Source: Minisyncoccota bacterium (GTDB taxonomy: Bacteria > Patescibacteriota > Minisyncoccia > Phycocordibacterales > JABAAK01). Taken from it: DNA of 64,000 bases. This document shows, piece after piece, positions 40,401 through 52,400 of the stretch (positions are counted from its first letter, which is position 1; each line of letters begins with the position of its first letter). Below the pieces are notes generated by a model. It ran no database searches. It was not told the DNA's origin and was given only the letters and a program-made list of their open reading frames with translations. The DNA is taken from positions 261,466 through 325,465 of the forward strand of contig OY282360.1 of the NCBI GenBank assembly GCA_958295675.1. The letters run 5' to 3'. The position numbers were made by a program, and so were the translations under genes.

Positions 40401-43254
40401 GTCGGTGACGGTGAACGGCAGCACGGTCACGTCGGGTAGCCCGTCAGCGGCGATCACGCTCGCGGCGGTGGGCACGGCCACGACGATCACGATTGTCGTC
40501 ACGCCGTCGTCGGGTGACCCGCAGACCTACACGATCTCGGCGACCCGAAAGAATGATTATGACGATGATGATGACGGGCTCATTGATATACGCACGCATC
40601 AGCAATTGAATGCGGTGCGCTGGGATCTGGACGGCGACGGGATGCCGGCGGCGGTTGGGGAAATAGACCACCGGGCCGCGTTCTCGCACGCGATGGCCGG
40701 TATGGGCTGTACGACGGCCTGCACCGGCTATGAGCTCAGGGCGGACATTGATGTGGATACGGACGGAGACAATGACGGGACGTGGACGGGCGACGAGGCG
40801 AGTCCGACCGGGGACAGCGGTGATATGTACTACAACGGCGGGAGCGGCTGGCTGCCGATCGGCACGGCCACGAATTCATTCCGCGCGACCTTCAAAGGAA
40901 ACGGCTACACGATCGCGAACCTCTTTATTAATAGAAGCACGACGAATGATGCGGGGCTGTTCGGCCATGTCGGGGTGCCGTCCAACAGCCATACCCGCAT
41001 TGAGGGGGTGGGACTCAAAAATGCCTACGTCAGAGGAGCGGATAGGACGGGTGCGCTGGTGGGCAACAGTGAGAAGCCGGTCACGGCGAGCTGGGTGTCC
41101 GGCGTGGTCAGAGGAGGCGCGCAGGTCGGCGGGCTGATCGGGCTGAGCGAGGGCGAGGTGACAGCAAGCTATTCGCTGGCTTCGGTCACGGCGACGAACA
41201 AGGGAGGCGGGCTCATCGGCGAGCAGGACGGCGATACGATCACCGCGAGCTATGCCATCGGGAACGTGAGTGTCTCGGGAGCGACGGAGGGAGGACTGGT
41301 GGCGACGGCGACCAACACCCCCACCGAGACGAATACGTATTACAATAGCGAGACGACGACGCTGAGTGCCTCGGCGCTCGGCACGGCGAAGACGAGCGCG
41401 CAGCTCACGGCGCCGACGGGCTACACGGGTATATATGCAAACTGGAATGTGGATGTGGGCGGCACGAGTGCGGCGGATGATCCGTGGAGCATTGCCGCGG
41501 GCAGGTACCCGGTCCTGAAATACGGCGCGGGGGCGGATACGGCGCAGCAGGCGGCGGAGCAACTGCCGGCAGCTCCGCAGGGGCTCACCGCGGTGGCCGG
41601 TAATACGGAAATCACGGTCTCCTGGACGAATCCGAACGACCCGACGATCACGAAATATCAATACAAACGAAAAGTCGGCACCGGCAACTACGACGCGAGT
41701 TGGACGGACATCCCGGGCGTGGGCGCGACCGGCACCTCCTACACCTTCACGGGGCTCACGAACGGGACCGTCTATCAGTACAAAATTCGCGCGGTGAACG
41801 CGGCGGGCAATAGCGCGGAAGCGGAAACGACGGCGGCTACCCCGGCGATTGCCACCTCTGCTGCCCCCGCTTCGGTCACGCTCGCGCGGGACGCGGACGC
41901 CATTGATCCCTACACCGGCACGGGCACCCACCGCACCAGAGACACCACCCCGACTATTTCATTCACCGCGGTCTCCGGCGCGACCACGACGGTGCAGTAC
42001 CGGCAGGGAGCCAGCGGCGCGTTCAGCGCCACCGGGGTCACGCACACCGGTACTGGCTCGGACACCTCCCGCACCGCCACGCTTCCCGCACTCAGCACCA
42101 ACGGCACCTATCAGGTGGAGATTACCCAAACGGAGAGCGGCAAAGCGGCGCAAAAGAGCACCTACGACTTTATGCTTGACACGGAGGCACCAACCGTCAA
42201 TGCCGGATTTATTAAAAACAATGTAAACGCCTCGGGCGGTGTTGACTATTTCGGTGTAGATGGTGTTCTCATCGTCTCATTTACCTTTAATGAGGATATC
42301 GCCGCATCACAGACCATCACCGGAAAGTTCGTGAACGACGCGGCGGATATTCCGGCATCGGGCGGCAGCCATCACGCCATCTCGGTGAACCGTATCAATG
42401 CGACCAAGCAAACCCTCACCCTCAGCGTCAGAGACGAGGGACCTGATGTCGCCGTAGACGACCTGAAATATCAGATCACCAACGGCACGGCACTCACTGA
42501 CCTCGCCGGCAACGCGCTCGGCGCGCAAAGTGTCACCGGTATCGCGAACGTTGCGATAGACACGACGAAGCCGACGCTCACCCCGACCAAGGTGGGCACC
42601 GGCAATGCGGCGACCTACAAAGTCAGTGCGACGGACAACTCCCCGCCCCTCGCCGGCAGGACGAAGGACAATGTCGCCGTGGCTAACTGCACGGACAATG
42701 CGGTCACGACAACCGCTGCGGGCTGGTCGGGGTACACGCCCGGAACGAACGCCGGCACCGCGGACGACACCAACGGCAGGTGTGTCGTTATCACGGACGT
42801 GGCCGGCAACAGCAAGGCGCAGCATCTTTCGGATGGGGATAATGCTATTACCGCCGACTTCACCCTGGACATCACCGGCAATGGCACGGCAAACTATCTG
42901 GATGCCATTGTCCACTACTACTATGCGCAGAATCCCAATGATCAACCGACGGGCGGCGCGGTCATGGCGAACTTTATCAATGCGAACGACTTTCCGGTGA
43001 AGACAGGGAGCCCGATCACCACAGCAGATATCTACACAACGATGCAGAATTCCGCTGCGACGCGCGACTTCACCGGCAACGGCACGGCAAACTACCTGGA
43101 TGCCATTGTCCACTACTACTACGCGCAGAATCCCAATGATCAACCGACGGGCGGCGCGGTCATGGCGAACTTTATCAATGCGAACGACTTTCCGGTGAAG
43201 ACAGGGAGCCCGACCACCACAGCGGCTATCTACACGCTGCTTCAAGGATTGTGA
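37477..43254 (+). CDS. Modular surface protein 5 (1925 aa): cadherin-like, variable Ig-like, FN3 x2, GLUG x2, Ig-like, twin dockerin-like C-terminus
   Basis: Start MYIHKKLFLTRCIALW chosen by paralogy. Confidence 0.9.
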   Translation: MYIHKKLFLTRCIALWVILALMVTLIPTAPYAVGQEEKKPDGGGTTDTPQEAPEQQAEAPPERVSDGDEEEEEPAEQEESEDEETPAPTLSGLTVSDTDLNEPFDPAVTTYTADVAHNSETVTISATPTDETATVAFTDTTDADTDTVGQQVNLTEGENTITITVTAEDAVATQTYTLTVTRAAEEEEEQEEANENEEQEDEEEAGEETPEEREEETAGGDDEEEQEEEETLEPIAEPAPEQPQAQQQQQAQLPDDDTADTQAAPTGKLGVKLKYDATDDTGTLEDSVTSNTAPTLAVTSTTNSFFGGDNDTVEVYYKNSACATGSAVPTTAFDASGTAPSGWTRYGASTGAQALSTLIYVSAGTTTLTAGTYCFFVAHTAAGTTTTLSSHSVGYEAIIDNTAPVLTAFKIGTGSTATYAVTATDNMPLTGKTKDNVAAGSCTDTTTTDSTWTDYVRGTNTGTAHDTNGRCVIFSDVAGNKKAQHLLDSASVTALTTPTAPVGFTAAWNAAGVTLNWTGPTGSTVTGYQTQQCDGDGNTCGSWTDISGSSATTVSHAVTALSANTAYTVKLRASNTNGGGFEVVAVGTTGTVYDTDGDGLIDINTIEKLNAMRWDLNGNGVVSSADEGTNWTSGNDTKYTAVFPTAATYLGCPGPCVGYELTADLDLDDNDAGDRTDDTFYNSGSGWEPIGPSYINSYAATFNGNGFMIDNLFINRAINGVGFFNYLTGTVTAVGLRDADVSSDGRIGILVGQSYGTVTASFATGSVSGANIVGGLVGGMHGTSSVVQASYTNVTVSGTADNLGVGGLVGSNHGGDIINSYAYGAASSRNPTTTHLGGLVGGTHGRSTVTASYHDSTVTSSDGYNTPATGKTTAQLQSPTGYTGIFSAWDDSDLDGDGNNDTPWDFGSNTQYPILSFGGHRVATQRDSAGNLSALTISAGALSPTFNAYRYLYDVEIPAATTTVTVTPTVFTSGASVTVNGSTVTSGSPSAAITLAAVGTATTITIVVTPSSGDPQTYTISATRKNDYDDDDDGLIDIRTHQQLNAVRWDLDGDGMPAAVGEIDHRAAFSHAMAGMGCTTACTGYELRADIDVDTDGDNDGTWTGDEASPTGDSGDMYYNGGSGWLPIGTATNSFRATFKGNGYTIANLFINRSTTNDAGLFGHVGVPSNSHTRIEGVGLKNAYVRGADRTGALVGNSEKPVTASWVSGVVRGGAQVGGLIGLSEGEVTASYSLASVTATNKGGGLIGEQDGDTITASYAIGNVSVSGATEGGLVATATNTPTETNTYYNSETTTLSASALGTAKTSAQLTAPTGYTGIYANWNVDVGGTSAADDPWSIAAGRYPVLKYGAGADTAQQAAEQLPAAPQGLTAVAGNTEITVSWTNPNDPTITKYQYKRKVGTGNYDASWTDIPGVGATGTSYTFTGLTNGTVYQYKIRAVNAAGNSAEAETTAATPAIATSAAPASVTLARDADAIDPYTGTGTHRTRDTTPTISFTAVSGATTTVQYRQGASGAFSATGVTHTGTGSDTSRTATLPALSTNGTYQVEITQTESGKAAQKSTYDFMLDTEAPTVNAGFIKNNVNASGGVDYFGVDGVLIVSFTFNEDIAASQTITGKFVNDAADIPASGGSHHAISVNRINATKQTLTLSVRDEGPDVAVDDLKYQITNGTALTDLAGNALGAQSVTGIANVAIDTTKPTLTPTKVGTGNAATYKVSATDNSPPLAGRTKDNVAVANCTDNAVTTTAAGWSGYTPGTNAGTADDTNGRCVVITDVAGNSKAQHLSDGDNAITADFTLDITGNGTANYLDAIVHYYYAQNPNDQPTGGAVMANFINANDFPVKTGSPITTADIYTTMQNSAATRDFTGNGTANYLDAIVHYYYAQNPNDQPTGGAVMANFINANDFPVKTGSPTTTAAIYTLLQGL

Positions 43255-43335
43255 TTGTAGTGCCGGAAAAGACGATCGGGCAGTACACCTTGGCGGGGAG
43301 GTGGGGAAGAGTAGCACTGTCTCGGGATAGTAAGA

Positions 43336-43379
43336 TTATCCACCTGTAATAAATAATGCGATAATATAGCAAGTATACT
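43336..43379 (+). promoter_or_regulatory. Array promoter motif: TTATCCACC ... TATACT
   Basis: Conserved upstream block. Confidence 0.6.
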
Positions 43380-43408
43380 GCCCGTGTGTACAGCACAGAT
43401 ATTATTGT

Positions 43409-46400
43409 ATGTATATAACTAAAGAACTCTTTCTTACACGATGTATCGCACTGTGTGTGATACTCGCATTACTCGGCACACTCATTCCGACCGCTCCGTA
43501 TGCCGTCGGTCAGGAAGGAGAAACGCCTGAAGAGGGGGGTGCGACGAACACACAACAGGAAGCACCGGAGCAACAGGCAGAAGCGCCGCCGGAGCGTGTA
43601 TCGGATAATGAAGAACAAAGTGAACCGACCGGGAGTGGTGAAGAAGAAAACGAAGAACAGGAAGATGAGGAAGAGGAAGCAGCACCAATACTCAGCGGTC
43701 TCACGGTCTCGGACACCGATCTCAACGAACCATTTGATTCTACCGTAACAACCTATACCGCTGATGTGGCGAATACTATTGAAACAGTAACAATCAGCGC
43801 GACACCGACGGACGACATCATGACCGTCACCTACGATCCGACCGATACCGACACGGAAGAAGACGGACACCAAGTCAATCTCACAGAAGGAGAGAACACC
43901 GTAACGATAACAGTAACCGCAGAGGACGGGGTAACGGTGCAGACCTATACGCTCACCATCACCAGAGCGGCGGAAGAGGAAGAAGAGAGTGAACCCGAAG
44001 ATGATAATACACAACCTGCAAATGAGCCGGCGGACGACGAAGAGGAGGAAGCAGAGGAAAATGAGGAATCAGAAGAAGAGGAAAACGAAGAGCAGGAAGC
44101 ACCGGCACCAACGCTCATCGGTCTTACGGTCTCGGACACTGATCTTAACGAAACATTTGACCCTACTGTTACAACCTACACCGCCGATGTGGCGAATACT
44201 ATTGAAAATGTGACGGTAACAGCAACCGCAGACAATACAATGACCGTGGCATTTACTGATACAACGGATGCCGACACGGAAGAAGACGGACAGCAAGTCA
44301 ATCTCACGGAAGGAGAAAACACCGTAACGATAACGGTAACCGCAGAGGACGGGGTAACGGTGCAGACCTACACCCTGACAGTGACCAGAGCGGCGGAAGA
44401 GTCGAGTGAACCCGAGGATGACGATACACAACCTACAAATGAGCCGGCGGACGACGAAGAAGAAACTGTAGAGGAAGAGGAGGGTGAAGAAGAAAGTGAA
44501 GAGGAAGAAGAACAAGAAGAGGCGAATGAAAACGAAGAGCAAGAGGATGAAGAAGAGACAGGAGAAGAAACACTGGCACCAACGCTCAGCGGTCTCACGG
44601 TCTCGGATACCGATCTTAACGAACCATTTGATTCTACCGTAACAAGTTACACGGCTGATGTTGCAAATGACATTGAGAATGTAACGGTTACGCCGACCGC
44701 AGACGATACGATGACCGTAGCATTCACCGACACGACGGATGCCGACACGGAAGAAGAAGGACACCAAGTTAATCTAACAGAAGGAGAGAACACCGTAACG
44801 ATAACGGTCACGGCACAGGACGGGGTAACGGTGCAGACCTACACCCTAACGATCACCAGAGCTGCGGAAGAAGAACAAGAAGAGGAAGAAGAATCCGTAG
44901 AGCAAGAGGATGAAGAAGAGGAGGAAACACCGGCACCGACCGCGGAGCCCGCACCGGAACAACCGCAGCCACAAACACAACAGCAACAGCAGGCGCAACT
45001 GCCTGATGATGACACCGCGGGCACGCAGGGTGCTCCGTCAGGTGCGCTGATACTGATTTTAAAACCGTCTTCCGACTCACACCGCCACGGCACCATTGAC
45101 GCAGTAACCGCGCTCCCCGGATCTCCGACGGACGGCACCATGATTCGGTTCACCGCATCGGCGACATCACTCACAAACACCTACGAAACCAACGGCATCA
45201 CGGTGAAAACGACCGCCGCGGTCAACGATATGTTCCGGTATGAAAGTACCGGCACCAAGTGGGTCTTTATGGGAAACGGTGCCACCACAGCCGGCATCAG
45301 TTCGGATGTTGACGGGATTACGAATGACGATACACCGACCTTTACTATAAAAAGTTCCGACGGCGGAAACTTCGGCGGTGGCGGTGGCGGGGATGAAGCT
45401 TTTTTCCTATTTAAAAAAGATCAGGGGTGTGCGGGACTCTCCAAACCGTCAGGGGCATATCTCGACATCAGCGAAGTGCTGGGGTGGTCGCAGGCGTCCT
45501 ATCAAACTAGTGAGACCAATGCATATGATGCGCAAATCGTGACACAGAGTATCGAGAAGATATGTTTGAGTGCAGGATTTACAGACGATGGGCAGAACAC
45601 CAGTAACTGGAGTGAATTACTTGAGGTGACGATAGACACCACGGCGACCACACCGACAGTCGCTATCACCTCCGGTGTCGGTACAAGCAACCCGACGGTG
45701 CGGGTGTCGTCGCTTGAACCGGGCGGCGCAACGGCGCAGCTGTTCAGTGATTCGTCCTGCTCCTCATCAATCAGCGGCACGGCGACCACCGGCGCGTCTG
45801 AGACGCACAAGGATATAACCACAACCACAAGTGTCGCCGCGGATGCGAGCATCTACGCGAAGCAGACAGATGTTGCCGGCAACACGGCCTGCAGTGCCGC
45901 GGTGGTGAATGCGGTGCCGTCCGCAGCGGTGAGCGATATTGATCTGAAAACAGGCAGCGACACCGGCACGCAGGACGACGACATCACGAGCGATACCACG
46001 GCACCGGAGATAGGATTCACGCAGGTGGCAGGTGCGACCATTACCGCCCGCTATCGCAAGGTGGGAGGATCGTGGACAGCTATACAATCAGGAAGTATCA
46101 CGGCGACGGGAACCGCGGGTACAATCACCCTACCGCTTCTCACGGCGGGTGACGGCGCGTACGAGGTGGAGATAACACAGGATGATGATGGCAACGGCGC
46201 GAGGAGTCCGACAGCGACGACCTACATGTTCACGCTTGATATCACCGCACCGACGGTTTTCACCAGTATTACGCCGGCAGTGCCGTCAGGCACCCCGACG
46301 AAGTTCTCGCGTACCGGCGGGGTCACGGTGGCGTTGAGCAATGAAGACAGATTCGGCTCCGCTACCTCTCTCTCCGCGGACGGCACGCTGATGGCGGTGG

Positions 46401-49400
46401 GGGTTCCGGACGACGATGACCGGGGGAGCGACAGCGACGGTGACAATAGGGGCGCGGTGTACCTCTTTCAAAAATCAGGTGCCACCTGGCAAAAGATACA
46501 CAAGTTCTCCGACCACACCGGCAGCGCGGTGACCAGAACCCGGTTCACCTCGGCAGTGACGGATGTTGATCTGAGCGACGGTGACAATTTCGGCTCCGGC
46601 GTTTCCCTCTCGGCAAGCGGCACGCTGCTGGCGGTGGGCGCGCGAAATGACAACACCGGCAGCGATAACAAAGGTGTGGTCCACCTTTTTCAAAAATCAG
46701 GCACCGCCTGGTCGCGGGTGCACACATTCTCCGACCACACCGCAAGCACCAACACGGAAACCCGTTTCACGACAGCGGTAACAGATGTTGATATATCAAG
46801 CAATGCCAATTTCGGTTCCGCTGTATCCCTCTCGGCAAGCGGTACGCTGTTGGCGGTGGGAGCGTCAGCAGCGGCACCCAACTCAAAAGGCGCGGTGTAC
46901 CTCTTTGAAAAAACAGGTGCCTTGTGGTCGCAGTCACTCAAAATCTCCGATAACGAGGGCGGATCGGGACTCCTTGATGTTGGTCTATATACCGATGAAA
47001 GCTTCGGCACCGCTACCTCCCTCTCGGCAAGCGGCACACTGCTGGCGGTGGGCGCACCATCAAACGATGATGGCGGTATCGAAAAGGGCGCGGCCTACCT
47101 CTTTGAAAAAACAGACGGCTCGTGGGCGAAGACACTGAAGATATCCGATAACGGCGGCGGCGAAGAACTCTTGGATATCAATTTGACTAACGGCGACCAC
47201 TTCGGATCCGCCGTCTCGCTTGCCGGTACGGCACTGGCGGTGGGGGCGTATGATACCGGCACCTTTAACGAAGGATCAATCCACCTTTTTGAAAAATCAC
47301 GCGCCGGATGGTCAAAATCGCTTGAAATATCAGAAAACAGCGGCGGCATGGGGCTCCTGAATATCAGTTTGGACAACGAAGACGAGTTCGGCTCCGGTGG
47401 CTCCCTCTCTGCGGACGGCACAGTGCTGGCAGCGGGCGCGCCTGCTGACGATGACGGCGGCGATGCCAGCGGCGCGGTGTACCTGTATGGTGTCTCGCCG
47501 GTGACAACCGCCCGCGCCGCGACGGTCGCCGCATTTGATGACGAAGACAGCAGCACGATGAAGTATGTGAAAATCAGTGACAGCACCTGCACGGCGGCAC
47601 AGTTCACGGGCGATGCGGGAACGACATATACCGAGGAGAGCGCGATTATCGCCAACACCTTCAGTACCGACAACGGGAAGCGGTTCTGCTTCCGCGTGCA
47701 GGATGCGGCGGGGAATATCGGCTATGGCAGCTCCGTCGCTATTACCATCACCGCGCCGCCGGCACCGCCGGCAACCCCCGACGGTCTCACCGGCACCTGG
47801 ACAACAACGGGGGTTACCCTCAACTGGACTGATCCGAATGACAATGCGATCACAAAGTATCAATACCAACAGTGTGATAGCACCGGTGCCACCTGCGGAT
47901 CATGGACTGATGTGGCGAGCAGCGGTCCGACCACGGTCACGCACCCCATCACCAGTCTCACGGCGAACACGGGATACACCTTCAAACTCAGGGCGGTCAA
48001 TGCGAGCGCGAACAGCACCGCCGCATCCATCGTCGGCACCACAGGCACGGTGTACGACACGGACACTGACGGGCTCATTGATATCAATACAATTCAAAAA
48101 CTCAACGCGATTCGGTATGACCTGAACGGAGACGGTACCCCCGCATCAGGACAGGGGACAAACTATACGGTCGGTTTCCCGAATGGAGCAACACACCTCG
48201 GCTGTCCGGGACCCTGCACCGGCTACGAGCTGACGGCGGACCTGGACTTGAACGATGAGACCGCCGGCATCCGAACCGACGACACCTACTACAACGGCGG
48301 CAGCGGTTGGGAACCCATCGGCACCGCCACGGATTCGTTCACGGGAACCTTCAACGGCAGGGGATTTGTCATTAATAATCTCTCAATTAACCGCACGACC
48401 GGCACGGTCGGACTCTTCGGGAATATAGGGAGCGGCGGTACGGTCACGGCAGTCGGCATCCGTAATGCCGATGTGAACGGCGGCACCAACAACGCCGGCG
48501 CGCTCGCCGGCAGCAGTGCCGGCACGATTACCGCGAGTTTCTCCGCGGGAACTGTTGCAGGCGGCGACGGAACCGGCGGCTTAGTGGGAGACAACAGCGG
48601 CACAGTGGAGGCGAGCTACAGCACCGCGACGGTGACGGGCACGGGAGACGCGGTCGGCGGACTGGTCGGCAGCAGTACCGGATCCGGCACGCTCATTCGC
48701 GCGAGTTACGCGCTCGGCGCGGTAACCAGCGCGACAAACTCAACGCAAGCCGGCGGACTAGTCGGCACCAACAGAACCGGCGCGGCGGTAACCGCCAGTT
48801 ACCACAACAGCGCGGCGACCTCACAGAACGGCGAGGGCGGTGCCACCGGCAAAACACCGACACAACTGCAAACACCGACGGGCTATACCGGTATCTACGC
48901 GACATGGGATGACAATGATATAGACGGAAGTGGCGGGAATGATGCGCCGTGGGACTTCGGTTCAAACGGTCAGTATCCCGTCCTGTCGTTCGGAGGGCAT
49001 CGGACAACAATGCAGCGGTCTGGCGCGGTGACCTCGGTCACCCTCGCCGCTGACGGCAGCAGTATCGCTCCCTACACCGGCACAGGCACCCACCGCACCA
49101 GAGACGCTACCCCCACCATTTCATTCACCGCGGTCGCGAACGCGACCACCACCGTGAAATACCGGCAGGGAACCAGCGGCGCGTTCACCGACACCGGAGT
49201 TACCCATTATATCAACACCGGTCCAAGCACGAGCCGCAACGCCCTGCTCCCGACGCTCAACACCAACGGTACCTATCAGGTAGAAGTCACGCAGGATGAA
49301 GATGGGGTGGGCGGCAAGACAGCAAGCATATTTACCTATACCTTTATCTTTGACACGCTGTCGCCGACCGTCACCCCCACCATCGCGAAAACCGGACACA

Positions 49401-52400
49401 CACAATCAGGCGATGTTGACTACCTCAATGTTGGTGACGGTATCACGGTCACCCTCACCTTTAATGAGGACATCACCGCGGCACAGACCATTGCCGGAAA
49501 ATTCATAAACGACGCGGCGGACATTCCGGCATCGGGAGGCAGCCATCACACCATCACCGCCGTTCGCACCGACGCGACGACGCAGACCCTCACCCTCACC
49601 GTCAGGGACGCGGGACCTGATGTCGCCGCGGGTGATCTGAAGTATCAGATTACCAATGGCGCGGCACTAACTGACTTGGCGGGCAACACCCTCGGCGCGC
49701 AGAGTGTCACCGCTATCGCGAGCACGGTGATAGATACGACGAAGCCGACGCTCACCCCGACCAAAACGGGTACCGGCAATGCAGCGACCTACAGAGTCAC
49801 CGCCACGGACATTTCACCCGTCACCGGCAGAACAAAAGATAATGTCATCTTGGCAAACTGTACCGACACGACCACGACCGACAACTCGTGGACCAGTTAC
49901 ACCCCGGGAGACAACACCGGCACCGCGGACGACACCAACGGCAGGTGTGTCATCATCACGGACGCGGCGGGCAACAGCAAAGCCCAGCATCTTTCGGACA
50001 GCGCATCCGTCACTGCCGTACCGGCGGCGCCCACCGGTCTCACCACCCACTGGACAGCGGGAGGGGTCACGCTCAACTGGACTGACCCGAGCGACAGCAC
50101 CATCACCAAGTATCAATACCAACAATGCGACAGCACGGGTGCGACCTGCGGCTCGTGGACGGATATACCAAGCAGTGGTGCCACCACCACGACCTACCCC
50201 GTCACCGCTCTCTCAGCAAACACGGGATACACTTTCAAACTCAGAGCGGTCAGCGCGACCGGCGATAGTATCGCCGTCTCGGCGGTCGGCACCACGGGTA
50301 CGGTGTACGACACGGACACAGACGGGCTCATTGATATCAATACAATTCAAAAACTCAACGCGATTCGGTATGACCTGAACGGAGACGGTACCCCCGCGAC
50401 AGGACAGGAAACAAACTATACGGCCGGTTTCCCGAATGGAGCAACACACCTCGGCTGTCCGGGACCCTGCACCGGCTATGAGCTCACCGCGGACTTAGAT
50501 CTGAACGATAACGGCAGCGGCAGAAATGACGACACCTACAACAACAGCGGTGCGGGGTGGGAGCCGATCGGCGCGGACAGTGCAGGCAACCGCTTCACCG
50601 CTATCTTCAACGGCAACGGCTTCGTTATTGATAACCTTCTCATCAATCGGGGAAGTACCGGTAACCAGGCATTGTTCGCCGCGACGGAAACCGGCGCGCA
50701 CATCACGGCAGTCGGTCTGCGCAATGTGAATATCACCGGTGCCAACAGATCGGCAGCTTTGGTCGGCGCGAGCAAAGCCGGCACGGTCATTAACGCGAGT
50801 TTCTCCACCGGATCAATCACCGGCGCATTGGCAACTGGCGGGTTAGTGGGATACAACGAAGGCACCGTGGAAGCGAGTTACAGTGCCGCGGCGGTCTCCG
50901 GCACGACTGCCGTTGGCGGACTGGTCGGCAACAGCCAGAGCAGCGGTGCGAGTATTAAAAACAGTTACGCGTACGGTGCCGTCACCCAAACCGGCTCAGG
51001 AAACCTCGGCGGCTTGGTCGGAAACAATCACACCAACGCGACGATAACAAATAGTTACTGGGATACCGCTTCCACCACATCTGCGGGCACTGGTACCACC
51101 GGCGCCACCGGCAAAACACCGACACAACTGCAAACACCCGTCGGCTACACTGGTATCTACAGTACCTGGGACGACAGTGATATCGGGGGCACCAGCGCCA
51201 ATGACGCGCCGTGGGACTTCGGCACGAACAGTCAGTACCCCGTGCTTTCCTTCGGGGGGCATCGGACAACAACGCAGCGAGGTGATGTGGCGAACCTCAG
51301 CGATCTGACGGTCTCGGCGGGTACCCTCACCCCTGCCTTTGCCGCGAACACATATACATACACCATGAAGGTACCGGCAGCGACGGCGACCCTCACGGTC
51401 ACACCGACGACGCTCCACACGGAAACCTTGTCCGTCACGGTAAACGGCAACACGGTCGCCTCCGGCAGTCCGTCAGCGGCGATCACCCTCACCGTGGGAG
51501 AAACAACCGACATCACGATTGTCGTCACCCCGACGGTGGGGAGTGCCAATACCTACACGCTCAGGGTCACCCGGCTGAAAGATTACGATGATGACGATGA
51601 CGGACTCATTGATATACGCACCCATCAGCAGTTGAATGCCATCCGCTGGGACTTGGACGGGGACGGTACTGCCGCCTCGGGATACACGACTGCCTTCCCT
51701 CATGCGAGCACCGGTATGGGCTGTAAAGTCACCGACCACGACAACAACCCAACCACCCCGCAGCAGGAAACCTGCACGGGCTATGAGCTAAGAGCGAACA
51801 TTAATTTAGACACCAACGGCAACGGCACCAGTGACCACGGTGATGCCTACTATAACAATGGATATGGATGGGTACCGATCGGTCAGCTGAACTCAGCATT
51901 CAATGCCACCTTCAGCGGCAACGGACACACCATATCCAACCTCCACATCAACAGAACCTCGACCTACACCGGACTTTTCGGATTCGTCGGCGGCTCAAAT
52001 AACCATACCCGCATTGAAGGCGTGGGGCTAAAAAATGTCAGCGTCAGAGGAGGCATCTCCACCGGAGCCCTCGCCGGCAGAAATGAAAAACCCGTCACCG
52101 CCAGCTGGGTGACCGGCGCGGTGCGGGGAACGCGACTTGTCGGCGGGCTCATCGGGCAGAACACAAGCACCGTCACCGCCTCCTACTCCCTCGCCTCGGT
52201 CAACGTCACGTCGAACAACGCCGGCGGGCTTATCGGGCAGCAGGTGAACGGCGGCATCACCGCCAGCTACGCCAGTGGGAAAGTGACCGGCTCGGGAACA
52301 AAAGGAGGTCTCGTTGCCGCAAAAACCGGCTCGCCCGGCGACACCAACAACTACTACAACAGCGATACCAGCGGCATGACTGCCTCCGCGCTCGGCACGG

